From Alistipes sp. (GTDB lineage Bacteria > Bacteroidota > Bacteroidia > Bacteroidales > Rikenellaceae), in contig JAFSBY010000042.1 of assembly GCA_017437045.1 (NCBI GenBank), forward strand, positions 1,643 to 65,642: a stretch of DNA of 64,000 nucleotides, written 5' to 3'. The notes beneath the pieces are model-generated. The model did not search any database, was not told where the DNA came from, and saw nothing but the letters and a program-made list of their open reading frames with translations. Within the stretch, counting starts at the first letter, position 1. The number at the start of each line of letters is the position of its first letter. The translations under genes and the position numbers were made by a program. Below, in pieces: positions 9,165 through 19,420 of this stretch.

Positions 9165-10288
9165 GCCTTCTTCTCGGCATAAGCCTTGGCCTGGGCCGCG
9201 ATCAGCTCCTTGTCGGCGAAGTAGTTGATGCGCATCGCCTCGCGCACATCGTGCAGCGTGGCAGCGGCCGTCTGACGGGCACGTGCCGTACCCTTCTCCA
9301 GAATGGCATAGACCTCCTCGATGCGCTCCTCGAAGTAGCGACGACGCTCCCGAATCGGGTCGAGCAGTTCGTTGAGGATGTTGATCAGCAGCTTCTTGCA
9401 CTTCACGTCGCCCAATCCGCCACAGCAGTAGTGCTTCTTCAGCGCGTCGAGCGACTCATACTCGGGCAGATACTTGGCAAAGTGCTCCGGTTGGCAGAAG
9501 GCATCCAGGTAGGTGAAGACGCAGTTGCCCTCGACCTTGCCGGGATCCTCTACGCGGAGGTGATCCGGGTCGGTGTACATGCTCATCACCTTCTTCTTGA
9601 CTTCGGCCGGCGTATCCGACAGGTAGATGCAGTTGCCGAGCGATTTGGACATCTTGGCCTTGCCATCCGTGCCCGGCAGACGCAGGCAGGCGGCATTCTC
9701 GGGCAGCAGAATCTCCGGCTCGACCAATGTTTCGCCATAGAGGCTGTTGAATTTATGGACGATCTCGCGCGTCTGCTCGATCATCGGCTCCTGATCCACA
9801 CCGGCCGGTACGGTCGTCGCACGGAAGGCCGTGATGTCGGCCGCCTGCGAGATGGGGTAGCAGAAGAAACCCACGGGCAGACCCTGCTTCTGGGTCGTAT
9901 CGCCCGCCTCGGCACTCTCCGAGAATCCGCGCAGCTGCATCTCGGCCTTGACCGTCGGGTTGCGCTGCAGACGCTGCACGGTGACTAAGTTCATGTAATA
10001 GAAGCACAGCTCGCAGAGCTCGGCCACCTCGGACTGAATGAAGATCGTAACTCGCTCGGGATCAAGACCTGCCGAGAGATAATCCAAAGCCACCTCGATG
10101 ATGTTTTGGCGCACCTTCTCGGGGTTGTCCCAGTTGTCGGTCAGTGCCTGTGCATCGGCAATCATGATGTAAATATCGTCAAACGTGCCCGAGTTTTGCA
10201 GCTCGACACGGCGGCGCAAGGAGCCGACATAGTGTCCCAAATGAAGTCGTCCGGTGGGGCGATCGCCCGTCAGAATAATCTTTGCCAT
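9161..10288 (-). CDS. trpS: Tryptophan--tRNA ligase
   Basis: [30 protein letters not shown]. Confidence 0.98.
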   Translation of the reverse strand: MAKIILTGDRPTGRLHLGHYVGSLRRRVELQNSGTFDDIYIMIADAQALTDNWDNPEKVRQNIIEVALDYLSAGLDPERVTIFIQSEVAELCELCFYYMNLVTVQRLQRNPTVKAEMQLRGFSESAEAGDTTQKQGLPVGFFCYPISQAADITAFRATTVPAGVDQEPMIEQTREIVHKFNSLYGETLVEPEILLPENAACLRLPGTDGKAKMSKSLGNCIYLSDTPAEVKKKVMSMYTDPDHLRVEDPGKVEGNCVFTYLDAFCQPEHFAKYLPEYESLDALKKHYCCGGLGDVKCKKLLINILNELLDPIRERRRYFEERIEEVYAILEKGTARARQTAAATLHDVREAMRINYFADKELIAAQAKAYAEKKA

Positions 10289-10385
10289 ATCTTGTTTTTT
10301 GTTTGTTAATCGACACAATTGCCTGCGAAAATACGAAAAAGCGCGTCGGTGACCAAAAAAGTTTTGTGTGGATTGTATTTTTTTA

Positions 10386-10393
10386 TATCTTTG
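10386..10393 (+). promoter_or_regulatory. -7 box (TATCTTTG) for oxyR
   Basis: TAnnTTTG match 22 bp upstream of the start codon. Confidence 0.6.
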
Positions 10394-10415
10394 CACAAAG
10401 CAATAAATCGAAATT

Positions 10416-11309
10416 ATGACAATCATCCAGTTGGAATACCTCTTGGCCGTGGCCAATTGTGGCAGTTTTTCGCAGGCTGCCGAGCTCTGTTTTGTGACCC
10501 AGCCGTCGCTCTCGATGCAGATCAAATCGCTCGAGGAGGAGCTGGGCGTCGTCCTGCTCGACCGCTCGAAGAAGCCGGTTGTGCCGACCGAGGCCGGTGA
10601 GGTGGTCTTGGAGCAGACGCGCGAGACGCTGCGCGCCTTTCACAGCATCCGCGAGGCGGTGCAGGAGCTCAAGGGCGAGACGAGTGGCAAGCTGCGCCTG
10701 GGTGTGATCCCGACGATCGCCCCCTACCTGATGCACCGTTTTATTCCGACCTTTGTGCGTGATTATCCGAAGGTTGAGCTGGAGATTTCGGAGATGAAGA
10801 CGGCCGATATTGTCGAGGCACTCAAGCACGACCGCATTGATGCGGCGTTGGTGGCCGGAGGCACGTGCGGCGAGGGCATTCAGGAGCACGACCTGTTCAA
10901 CGACCGCTTCTATATCTATGTCTCGCCCGAGAACCCGCTCTACGAACGCTCGAACATCCGCATCGAGGATATCGACCTGCGCGAATTGGTGATCTTGAGC
11001 CCCGGTAACTGTTTGCGCGACCAGATCATCGAGCTGTGTCAGGCCAAACGTGCGCTGCCGTCGCACTTCTCGTTCGAGTCGGGCTCGCTCGAGACGCTCA
11101 TGCGCATTGTCGATTGCACGCAGTCGGTGACGATCATCCCCGAGATGTCGGTCGATTTTATTCCGCATGATCGCCGCGATCGGGTCAAGCAGCTGGCCAA
11201 GGGCAACACCTCGCGCAAGATCTCGGTGGCCGTGCGTCGCACCTACGTGAAGAGTTCGATCATCAAGGCCCTCTCGGAGACCATTCTGCGCTGCTGCGCT
11301 CCGCGGTAG
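10416..11309 (+). CDS. oxyR: LysR family hydrogen peroxide-inducible activator OxyR
   Basis: LysR HTH (CFVTQPSLS), [10 protein letters not shown], and the redox Cys pair [12 protein letters not shown]. Confidence 0.9.
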   Translation: MTIIQLEYLLAVANCGSFSQAAELCFVTQPSLSMQIKSLEEELGVVLLDRSKKPVVPTEAGEVVLEQTRETLRAFHSIREAVQELKGETSGKLRLGVIPTIAPYLMHRFIPTFVRDYPKVELEISEMKTADIVEALKHDRIDAALVAGGTCGEGIQEHDLFNDRFYIYVSPENPLYERSNIRIEDIDLRELVILSPGNCLRDQIIELCQAKRALPSHFSFESGSLETLMRIVDCTQSVTIIPEMSVDFIPHDRRDRVKQLAKGNTSRKISVAVRRTYVKSSIIKALSETILRCCAPR

Positions 11310-11353
11310 GAGCAGGGCCGCGTGAATAGCATGTTTTAATGAACGGATTAGGT

Positions 11354-11635
11354 ATGAACGATCGTAGTATTGGTGCGAATATCAAGGGTTTTGTGGCCTT
11401 GATCATTGGTGGTGAGTCGCTGACATTGGGCATCGTCGGCTTTGTCCCGGCATTTGGTTTGATTGCGGTGATTTCGGCACTTGTCGGACTGGTTTTTACG
11501 CTGATAGCCTATGCCAAAGGGCAACGATTCCGCCATTTGGCGTTGCTGTTGAATCTGTTGGCCATCGTAGCTGTCGCGCTGTGGGTTTGCCTGTTGGTGG
11601 GCTTGATTCAGGCGGCCGATGCGTACGATTATTGA
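11354..11635 (+). CDS. Small multi-TM membrane protein (DUF4190-like)
   Basis: 93 aa, three hydrophobic segments; visibly paralogous to 11809-12057. Confidence 0.65.
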   Translation: MNDRSIGANIKGFVALIIGGESLTLGIVGFVPAFGLIAVISALVGLVFTLIAYAKGQRFRHLALLLNLLAIVAVALWVCLLVGLIQAADAYDY

Positions 11636-11808
11636 CGCGGGCTTGCTTATTTTTGCTGAAAAAATTTGTTTGTTTGCGGATTTTGTGTTAATTTCGTATT
11701 CGGAAACGAACGATTAAGACAACGCGCAAGCAGCCGCCGTTGCCTGATATAACTTTTTAGTGCCACCGAAGCGGCTGCGGTGACTTTAACCCTTAAAACT
11801 TTTATATT

Positions 11809-12057
11809 ATGAGTGATGTTCAAAAGAGCAACGCTATGGGCGTAACCGGTTTGGTGCTCGGTATTATTGCTTTGATTTTCTGCTGGCTGCCTTGGATCGC
11901 ATGGATTTTGGCTGTTCCTGGTCTGATCTTCTCGATTGTTGCTATGGTGAAGAAGCAGAAGTATCGCGTAGGTGGCCTGATTCTGAATATTTTGGCTATC
12001 GTGATTCCTTGGATTCTTGCTGCTGCCGTTTTGGGAGGTCTTGCTGCCATGGCATAG
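11809..12057 (+). CDS. Small multi-TM membrane protein (DUF4190-like)
   Basis: 82 aa, GVTGLVLGIIAL..PWIAWILAVPGLIFSIVA pattern; AT-rich start context; followed by a terminator. Confidence 0.8.
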   Translation: MSDVQKSNAMGVTGLVLGIIALIFCWLPWIAWILAVPGLIFSIVAMVKKQKYRVGGLILNILAIVIPWILAAAVLGGLAAMA

Positions 12058-12079
12058 TGGCTTGATCGCTGCAAGCTTG

Positions 12080-12112
12080 GAGAGGTACACTTCGGTGTGC
12101 CTCTCTTTTTTT
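12080..12112 (+). terminator. Rho-independent terminator
   Basis: gagaggtacac-TTCG-gtgtgcctctc followed by a T-run. Confidence 0.85.
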
Positions 12113-12174
12113 GTCCCTTTTTGGCTCATTGTTGTTTTTTCGGGTAAATACTTTCGTATTTATGTGAAAATTTG

Positions 12175-12182
12175 TATCTTTG
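12175..12182 (+). promoter_or_regulatory. -7 box (TATCTTTG) for the rsfS-ftsH operon
   Basis: TAnnTTTG match upstream of ATG 12210. Confidence 0.6.
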
Positions 12183-12209
12183 TCGAGATATAGACACCTA
12201 TTGCAAATT

Positions 12210-12569
12210 ATGGAAAGAGAACAACAATTGATTGATACGATTGTGGCGGCAATCGAGGATAAAAAAGGTAAGGATATTGTATCGCTCGACCTGACGGGCT
12301 TCGATGGGGCGATCTGCTCGCACTTTGTGGTCTGCAATGCCGATTCGACGGTGCAGACGTCGGCCATTGCCGACGGCATCGAGGAGAAGGTGCACGAGGT
12401 GATGGGCGAGTGGCCCTGGCGTGTGGAGGGTAAGCAGGTCGGTGCCTGGGTGGCGATGGACTATGTGGATGTCGTCGTACACATCTTCCAGAGCGAGCTG
12501 CGCGACTTCTACAAACTCGAGGAGTTGTGGGCCGATGCCCCGATGGTACGTTACGAATACGAGGAGTAA
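12210..12569 (+). CDS. rsfS: Ribosome silencing factor
   Basis: IEDKKGKDIVSLDL, FVVCNADS, WVAMDYVDVVVHIF, FYKLEELWADA. Confidence 0.96.
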   Translation: MEREQQLIDTIVAAIEDKKGKDIVSLDLTGFDGAICSHFVVCNADSTVQTSAIADGIEEKVHEVMGEWPWRVEGKQVGAWVAMDYVDVVVHIFQSELRDFYKLEELWADAPMVRYEYEE

Positions 12570-12572
12570 ACT

Positions 12573-14534
12573 ATGGCAAAACAGAAAAATAATCCCGTGC
12601 GCCGCATCAATTTCATGTGGATCTATGCGGTGATCGGTCTGTTTATCATCGGATCGTGGCTCTTTGGCGGTGAGGAGGCTCGCCCCGTGAAGGGCACGTG
12701 GCAGATGGTCGAGCCGATGATCCGACAGGGGGAGGTCGATAAGTTTGTGGTGATGAACAACCGCGAGGTATCGGTCTATCTGACCGAGTCCGCGATCGCC
12801 AAATACCGCACCGACAGTGTGGCCTCGCCTCTGAAGACGATGCCCGAGAAGGGGGCGCAGGTGCGCTTTACGATCGGTTCGGTCGATCAGCTGCGCGAGG
12901 ACCTGAAGGAGCTCTCGGCCGAGCAAGAACCGGCGGTGGAATACACCTTTGAGGAGAATACGTGGGTCGATACGCTGATCGGGTTCCTGCCCTGGCTCTT
13001 CATCATTGGCTTTTGGATCTTCCTGATGCGCTCGATGATGCGCGGAGCGGGTGGTGGTGCCGGTGGCGGCATCATGAATGTCGGTAAGGCGCGTGCGCAG
13101 GTCTTCGATAAGGATAACCACAAACGCGTTACCTTCAAGGATGTAGCCGGTCTGGAGGAGGCCAAGGTCGAGATCATGGAGATCGTCGATTTCTTGAAAA
13201 AGGCCGATAAATACCGCGAGTTGGGTGCCAAGATTCCGAAGGGTGCCCTGTTGGTAGGCCCTCCGGGAACGGGTAAGACGCTGCTGGCCAAGGCGGTGGC
13301 GGGTGAGGCCAATGTGCCTTTCCTCTCGATCTCGGGCTCGGACTTTGTCGAGATGTTTGTCGGTGTGGGTGCATCGCGTGTGCGCGACCTCTTTGAGCAG
13401 GCCAAGCAAAAGGCCCCCTGCATTGTCTTTATCGACGAGATCGACGCCATCGGTCGTGCCCGTGGCAAGAATGCCGGATTCTCGGGTAACGACGAGCGCG
13501 AAAATACGCTCAACCAGCTGCTTACGGAGATGGACGGCTTCCAGACCAATGCCGGTGTGATCGTCCTGGCGGCTACGAACCGAGCCGATATTCTGGATAA
13601 GGCGCTGATGCGTGCCGGTCGCTTTGATCGTCAGATCGAGGTCGGCCTGCCCGATATCAAGGAGCGTGAGGAGATCTTCGAGGTGCATCTGCGCACGCTC
13701 AAGCTCGACCCGACACTCGACCGTGCCTTCTTGGCTCGTCAAACCCCCGGATTCTCGGGTGCCGATATTGCCAACGTCTGCAACGAGGCGGCACTAATCG
13801 CTGCCCGCCACGATAAGAAACTCATTGCCAAGGAGGATTTCCTGGCCGCTATCGACCGCATCATTGGCGGCCTGGAGCGTAAGAATAAGATCATCACGGC
13901 TGCCGAGAAACGCAAGATTGCCTACCACGAGGCGGGTCATGCCACGGTGAGCTGGTTGCTGGAGCATGCCTCGCCGCTCATCAAGGTGACGATCATCCCG
14001 CGTGGCAAGGCGTTGGGTGCTGCGTGGTATCTGCCCGAGGAGCGTCAAATCACGACGCGCGAGCAACTCATGGACGAGATGGCCGCCACGTTGGGAGGTC
14101 GTGTGTCGGAACAGCTGACCTTTGGAGAGATCTCGACCGGCGCGCTGAACGACCTGGAGCGTGTGACCAAACAGGCCTACGCCATGGTGGCCTACTACGG
14201 CATGAGCGACGAGGTGGGTAACCGTTCGTTCTACGATTCGACCGGCCAGAGCGATATGGCCTTCACGAAGCCCTACTCGGAGGAGACGGCCCAACAGATT
14301 GACCGCGAGGCCTGCAAACTCATTGACGCGGCCTACCGAATGGCCGAGCAGGTGCTCCGGGAGCACAGCGAGGGGCTGAAGGCGATCGCCGAGCTGCTGC
14401 TCGAGCGCGAGGTGATCTTCACCGAGGATGTGGAGCGCATCCTGGGCAAGCGCAAGAAGGATCTGGCGCAGGAGCAGCCCGAGAGGGCCGAAGAGACCGA
14501 GGTGATCGCTCCCGAGACGGCTGCAGAGGTGTAA
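12573..14534 (+). CDS. ftsH: ATP-dependent zinc metalloprotease FtsH
   Basis: Two TM segments, Walker A GPPGTGKT, Walker B FIDEID, HEAGH zinc motif. Confidence 0.98.
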   Translation: MAKQKNNPVRRINFMWIYAVIGLFIIGSWLFGGEEARPVKGTWQMVEPMIRQGEVDKFVVMNNREVSVYLTESAIAKYRTDSVASPLKTMPEKGAQVRFTIGSVDQLREDLKELSAEQEPAVEYTFEENTWVDTLIGFLPWLFIIGFWIFLMRSMMRGAGGGAGGGIMNVGKARAQVFDKDNHKRVTFKDVAGLEEAKVEIMEIVDFLKKADKYRELGAKIPKGALLVGPPGTGKTLLAKAVAGEANVPFLSISGSDFVEMFVGVGASRVRDLFEQAKQKAPCIVFIDEIDAIGRARGKNAGFSGNDERENTLNQLLTEMDGFQTNAGVIVLAATNRADILDKALMRAGRFDRQIEVGLPDIKEREEIFEVHLRTLKLDPTLDRAFLARQTPGFSGADIANVCNEAALIAARHDKKLIAKEDFLAAIDRIIGGLERKNKIITAAEKRKIAYHEAGHATVSWLLEHASPLIKVTIIPRGKALGAAWYLPEERQITTREQLMDEMAATLGGRVSEQLTFGEISTGALNDLERVTKQAYAMVAYYGMSDEVGNRSFYDSTGQSDMAFTKPYSEETAQQIDREACKLIDAAYRMAEQVLREHSEGLKAIAELLLEREVIFTEDVERILGKRKKDLAQEQPERAEETEVIAPETAAEV

Positions 14535-14590
14535 AACCCGGAAGGCCGAAGCAGAGAGTTAAGTGTACATGCAAAAAAAATGAAGACCCG

Positions 14591-15442
14591 ATGAGTGATA
14601 AGATGAAGAACATGTTGGTTCGTACGTTGAGTGGTTTGGTGTTGATCGTCGTGGTGCTGGGAGGCATCTGGTGGACGTCGTGGAGTATGCAGGCAGTGCT
14701 GCTGTTGCTGGCGTTGGTCGGCGTGTGGGAGTTCTATCGGTTGGCCGAGTGCCAGCAGATTGCTCCGCAGCGCGTGTTGGGCACGATCCTAACGCTGCTG
14801 CCCGGCTTGGTGATTTGCTTCGTAGTGGATCAGACTTCGACCCAGATGCTGCCGATGTGGATGGGAGGAATTCTCGTCTCCATGCTGCTCCTCTTCCTGC
14901 CGTTGCTCTTTATCTGCGAACTGTATCGCAAGAGTGCCACCCCACTGGCCAATGTGGGTGCTACGCTGATGGGTGCAGCTTATGTGGGTTACCCGATCGC
15001 TTGCCTGATGCTCTTCTCGTTTGAACCCGCCACGCGTTGGTTGGTGATCGCCTATATCGCCATCGTCTGGGCAAACGATGTCTTTGCCTATTTGGTGGGT
15101 ATGGCTATTGGTCGTCATCGCCTCTTCGAGCGTATCTCGCCCAAAAAGTCGTGGGAGGGATTCTTTGGCGGCATGTTGGGTGCCATGGGTTTGGCACTGC
15201 TGATTGCCTACCTGCGCAGTGAGCCTTATTGGACGTGGGCTGTCCTGTCGGTGATCATCACCGTGACGGCCGTCTTGGGCGATTTGGTCGAGTCGATGCT
15301 CAAACGAGCTGCCAATGTGAAGGATTCGGGTACGCTGATCCCGGGTCATGGCGGTGTGCTGGATCGTTTTGATGCGCTGTTGATCTCGGCTCCGTTTGTC
15401 GTGTTATCCATACTCTGTTTTTACCCAGAATATCTAAACTAA
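14591..15442 (+). CDS. cdsA: Phosphatidate cytidylyltransferase
   Basis: ISPKKSWEG, KDSGTLIPGHGGVLDRFD. Confidence 0.95.
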   Translation: MSDKMKNMLVRTLSGLVLIVVVLGGIWWTSWSMQAVLLLLALVGVWEFYRLAECQQIAPQRVLGTILTLLPGLVICFVVDQTSTQMLPMWMGGILVSMLLLFLPLLFICELYRKSATPLANVGATLMGAAYVGYPIACLMLFSFEPATRWLVIAYIAIVWANDVFAYLVGMAIGRHRLFERISPKKSWEGFFGGMLGAMGLALLIAYLRSEPYWTWAVLSVIITVTAVLGDLVESMLKRAANVKDSGTLIPGHGGVLDRFDALLISAPFVVLSILCFYPEYLN

Positions 15443-15459
15443 AGAAACCTTATAAAACT

Positions 15460-16137
15460 ATGAAAATCAATAAAGAGGGTTACAAAATTATTCTCGTTTC
15501 GGGCTTGATCTGCGCCGCTATCTGGGGGCTGTTCTATTGGTTGTTGATGAACCAGAGCAGTTGTGTGCTGATCGTGGCAGCCTCGATCTTCCTGCTCTGC
15601 TTCTGGATGTTCATCATCGCCTTCTTCCGTGAGCCGCGCCGTGTGCGCATTCACGATGAGGATCTGGTCTTCTCGCCTTGCGATGGTCGGGTGGTGGTGA
15701 CCGAGGTGGTCGTCGAGGAGGAGTATCTGAAAAAGGAGATGCTGCAGATCTCGATCTTCATGTCGGTGACGAATGTCCACATGAATTGGGTCCCCGTAGC
15801 CGGTAAGGTGGACTATTTCAAGTACCACCCCGGACGTTTCCTGGTGGCTTGGCATCCCAAATCATCGACCGAGAATGAGCGTACGACGACCGTCATTGAG
15901 ATGAAGGATGGCCGCAAGGTGCTCTTCCGTCAGATTGCCGGATTGGTGGCACGCCGCATCATCTCCTACATGAAGGTGGGCTCGCAGGTCGAGCAAAACT
16001 CCGTGGCGGGCTTCATCAAGTTTGGCTCGCGCGTGGATGTGCTGGTGCCGAAGGATAGCCAGGTGCTGGTCAATATCGGTGACAAGGTGACCGGCTCGCA
16101 GACGCCCATTGCACGGCTGAAGAAGCACGGCGAGTAG
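15460..16137 (+). CDS. psd: Phosphatidylserine decarboxylase (short type)
   Basis: FFREP, SPCDGRVV, IFMSVTNVH, FIKFGSRVD (self-cleavage GS). Confidence 0.93.
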   Translation: MKINKEGYKIILVSGLICAAIWGLFYWLLMNQSSCVLIVAASIFLLCFWMFIIAFFREPRRVRIHDEDLVFSPCDGRVVVTEVVVEEEYLKKEMLQISIFMSVTNVHMNWVPVAGKVDYFKYHPGRFLVAWHPKSSTENERTTTVIEMKDGRKVLFRQIAGLVARRIISYMKVGSQVEQNSVAGFIKFGSRVDVLVPKDSQVLVNIGDKVTGSQTPIARLKKHGE

Positions 16138-16163
16138 CCCTTCGACGCAAATTGCATGCAGTT

Positions 16164-17264
16164 ATGAATTTACAGACGTTTTGGAAGGTGTTGATCGGTC
16201 TGGCCATCACGGCCGCCGTCCTCTTTCTGGTGTGGTATTTCGCCTCGGTGGTGATTTATGTCCTGATTTCGGCCGTGCTGGCCGTGGTGGGGCGACCCTT
16301 GGTGCGCAAACTCGAGGGGATCAAGATCCACCGCTGGCACCTCTCGCGCACGTTGGCAGCCGTGATTACGCTGCTGACGATCTGGGCTGTGGGTGCTTTG
16401 GCGGGCTATCTGTTTGTGCCGTTGGTCTTCGAGAAGCTTGCCCGCTTCTCCGAGGTGGACTATGCCCATGTGCTGGGTAATTTTGACGATCAGATCGCCT
16501 ATCTGCAGGACTATATTGCCACCCATTTCCACCGCGACGGCTCGTCGTTGGCCTTGAAAGAGGCTCTGATCAGCAACCTGCGCGAGTGGATCAATATCGA
16601 GTCGGTCAATCGGGTGCTTTCGTCGATTGTCGGGCTGCTCACCTCGAGCGTGATTGCCCTCTTCTCGATCTCGTTTATCACCTTCTTCTTCCTGAAGGAG
16701 GATGGTCTGTTCTATGCCATGGTCAAGGCGATGTTCCCCGAGCGTTATGCCGAGAATATCCAGCGCGCATTGGACTCGGCTACCTACCTCTTGTCGCGCT
16801 ATTTTCGGGGGTTGCTGTGCGAGAGTCTGCTCTTGATGTTGGCCGTCTCGCTGGTGATGTACACCTTTGGCATGGAGCCGACCGATGCCGTCTTCATCGG
16901 GTTGATCATGGGTGTGATGAATGTTGTCCCCTATGCCGGTCCGCTCATCGGTGGTATTCTGTCGTCGTTCGTCGGCATTGTATCGCCGATTGAGGGCATG
17001 ACGATCGGGCAGACGATGGTGGTGATTATCTGTTCGCTGCTGATCATCAAGGGATTGGACGATTTTATTCTGCAACCTTCGCTCTATTCGGAGCGTGTGA
17101 AGGCCCATCCGTTGGAGGTTTTTCTCGTGATTCTGTTGGCCGGATCGGCTGCCGGTATTGTCGGCATGTTGTTGGCCATTCCGGGTTATACGGTCCTGCG
17201 CGTCTTTGCCAAGGAGTTCTTCTCGCAGGTGAGCCTGGTGCGTAAACTGACCGAAAATATCTGA
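16164..17264 (+). CDS. AI-2E family transporter (PerM-like)
   Basis: FFFLKE, NVVPYAGP, HPLEVFLVILLAG..GIVGMLLAIP. Confidence 0.9.
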   Translation: MNLQTFWKVLIGLAITAAVLFLVWYFASVVIYVLISAVLAVVGRPLVRKLEGIKIHRWHLSRTLAAVITLLTIWAVGALAGYLFVPLVFEKLARFSEVDYAHVLGNFDDQIAYLQDYIATHFHRDGSSLALKEALISNLREWINIESVNRVLSSIVGLLTSSVIALFSISFITFFFLKEDGLFYAMVKAMFPERYAENIQRALDSATYLLSRYFRGLLCESLLLMLAVSLVMYTFGMEPTDAVFIGLIMGVMNVVPYAGPLIGGILSSFVGIVSPIEGMTIGQTMVVIICSLLIIKGLDDFILQPSLYSERVKAHPLEVFLVILLAGSAAGIVGMLLAIPGYTVLRVFAKEFFSQVSLVRKLTENI

Positions 17265-17635
17265 TGGAGAGCGTGGTGATCGAAGGGGTCGTCACCCCCG
17301 GCCGCCGGATTGGCCATACGATCGGTTTCCCGACGGCAAACATCCCGCTTCAGCAAGGGGTGTGCGATAAAGGGGTCTATCGGGCCGAGGTGAAGGTGGA
17401 GGGTATCGAGCAGGTCTTCGATGCCATGTCGAATGTCGGCTGCAACCCGTCAGTGGGCGGTAATGAGTTGCGTCTGGAGAGTCATCTGTTGGGTTTTGAG
17501 GGCGATCTGTATGGTCGTCGTATATGGGTTCGTCTGGTGGAAAAGATTCGCCAGGAGCAGAAGTTTGCGACCTTGGACGAGCTGCGGCAGCAGCTGGAGC
17601 GCGATCGGGAGCAGATCGAAAGTCGGTTGAGATAA
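17264..17635 (+). CDS. Stand-alone riboflavin kinase domain protein
   Basis: GRRIGHTIGFPTANI, LESHLLGFEGDLYG, KIRQEQKF; no FAD-synthetase domain. Confidence 0.88.
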   Translation: MESVVIEGVVTPGRRIGHTIGFPTANIPLQQGVCDKGVYRAEVKVEGIEQVFDAMSNVGCNPSVGGNELRLESHLLGFEGDLYGRRIWVRLVEKIRQEQKFATLDELRQQLERDREQIESRLR

Positions 17636-17665
17636 GTATTTAATATATATAATAATAAGTAAACT

Positions 17666-19075
17666 ATGTTTTTGGATTTGAGTTTGCCCTACAAAGTGGC
17701 CGATATGAGCTTGGCAGAGTGGGGCCGCAAAGAGATTGAGGTGTCGGAGTATGAGATGCCCGGATTGATGGCCGTGCGTAAGAAGTATGGCCCGCAGAAG
17801 CCCTTGAAGGGGGTACGTGTGATGGGCTCGTTGCACATGACCATCCAAACGGCTGTGCTGATCGAGACCCTCGTGGAGTTGGGTGCCGAGGTGCGTTGGT
17901 GCTCGTGCAACATCTTCTCGACCCAGGACCATGCCGCCGCTGCCATTGCTGAGCGCGGTGTGCCGGTCTTTGCCTGGAAGGGGGAGACGCTGCCCGAATA
18001 TTGGTGGTGCACGGCGATGGCTATGTCCTTCCCGGGTGGCAAGGGCCCGCAGTTGATCGTGGACGATGGTGGCGATGCTACGCTGCTCATTCATAAGGGT
18101 TTCAAGGCCGAGAAGGATGCTACGACGCTCGACTATGCCCCCTCGTCGTATGAGGAGGAGGTGATTCTCGATACCCTGAAGCAGATCCTGGCCGAGGATA
18201 ACACGAAGTGGCACCGCACGGTCGAGGAGTGGAAGGGCGTGAGCGAGGAGACCACGACCGGTGTACACCGCCTCTATCAGATGCAGGAGGCCGGCGAACT
18301 GCTTGTGCCGGCTATCAATGTCAATGATTCGTGCACGAAGTCGAAATTTGACAACCTCTATGGTTGCCGCGAGTCGTTGGCCGATGGTATCAAGCGTGCT
18401 ACGGATGTGATGATTGCCGGTAAGGTAGTCGTTGTCTGTGGTTATGGCGATGTGGGTAAGGGTTGTGCCCGCTCGATGCGTGCCTATGGTGCCCGCGTCA
18501 TTGTGACCGAGATCGACCCGATTTGCGCCCTGCAAGCCGCTATGGAGGGCTTCGAGGTGAAGAGTGTGGAGAGTGCACTCCCCGAGGGTAACATCTACGT
18601 CACCTGCACGGGTAACCGCGATATTATCACGCTGGAGCACATGCAGCAGATGCGCGATCAGGCTATTGTCTGCAACATCGGTCACTTCGACAACGAGATC
18701 CAGATGGCTCGCCTGAACGATTCGGATGCCGTGCGTCAGGAGATCAAACCGCAGGTCGATAAGTACACCTTTGCCGATGGTCACTCGATCTTTATCTTGG
18801 CCGAGGGTCGTCTGGTGAACCTGGGTTGCGCTACGGGTCACCCCTCGTTTGTGATGTCGAACTCGTTTACCAACCAGTGTCTGGCCCAGCTGGAGTTGTG
18901 GCAGAAGGATCTGGCGGTCGATGTCTATCGTCTGCCCAAGCACCTCGACGAGGAGGTTGCCCGTCTGCATCTGGATAACTTGGGTGTAGAGCTTACGCAG
19001 CTGACTGAGGCGCAGGCCGATTATATCGGTGTGAAGGTAGAGGGACCATATAAGGCGGACCACTATCGCTATTAG
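17666..19075 (+). CDS. ahcY: Adenosylhomocysteinase
   Basis: [54 protein letters not shown]. Confidence 0.98.
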   Translation: MFLDLSLPYKVADMSLAEWGRKEIEVSEYEMPGLMAVRKKYGPQKPLKGVRVMGSLHMTIQTAVLIETLVELGAEVRWCSCNIFSTQDHAAAAIAERGVPVFAWKGETLPEYWWCTAMAMSFPGGKGPQLIVDDGGDATLLIHKGFKAEKDATTLDYAPSSYEEEVILDTLKQILAEDNTKWHRTVEEWKGVSEETTTGVHRLYQMQEAGELLVPAINVNDSCTKSKFDNLYGCRESLADGIKRATDVMIAGKVVVVCGYGDVGKGCARSMRAYGARVIVTEIDPICALQAAMEGFEVKSVESALPEGNIYVTCTGNRDIITLEHMQQMRDQAIVCNIGHFDNEIQMARLNDSDAVRQEIKPQVDKYTFADGHSIFILAEGRLVNLGCATGHPSFVMSNSFTNQCLAQLELWQKDLAVDVYRLPKHLDEEVARLHLDNLGVELTQLTEAQADYIGVKVEGPYKADHYRY

Positions 19076-19131
19076 TAGAAAGTGCTTTAGGTGGGCTCTT
19101 TTGGCATCTGCCTCGGATGAAAATAGAAGAT

Positions 19132-19171
19132 CGAAAGGGCTGTCTGACAATCCTGTCAGACAGCCCTTTCG
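19132..19171. repeat. Family F hairpin / bidirectional terminator
   Basis: Perfect 18-bp arms cgaaagggctgtctgaca / tgtcagacagccctttcg. Confidence 0.75.
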
Positions 19172-19194
19172 CAAGATGATATTGTCTGTAAACA

Positions 19195-19223
19195 CAAAAA
19201 AAGCGACTGAAAATCAGTCGCTT
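19195..19223 (-). terminator. Terminator of tRNA-Arg
   Basis: aagcgactga-aaa-tcagtcgctt, with an A-run on + (U-tail on -). Confidence 0.8.
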
Positions 19224-19226
19224 GAG

Positions 19227-19300
19227 TGACACCGACAGGACTCAAACCTGTAACCTTCTGATCCGTAGTCAGATGCTCTATTCAATTAAGCTACGGTGCC
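19227..19300 (-). tRNA. tRNA-Arg(ACG)
   Basis: Cloverleaf GGCACCG..., anticodon arm TCTGA-CTACGGA-TCAGA, T-arm ACAGG-TTTGAGT-CCTGT; CCA not encoded. Confidence 0.96.
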
Positions 19301-19420
19301 GAATTGCGAGTGCAAATGTAGGGCGAAAAAGTGAATTGTGCAAATTATTTTGTAAAAATTTGCAAAATATTTTTTGTGCCGTTTGTGGGTATATGGCCTA
19401 TCTTGCTCTATATCTTATTG

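Noticed and set aside
17636-17665. SAH/SAM riboswitch before ahcY
   Set aside because: Gap is only 30 bp of A/T-rich initiation sequence.
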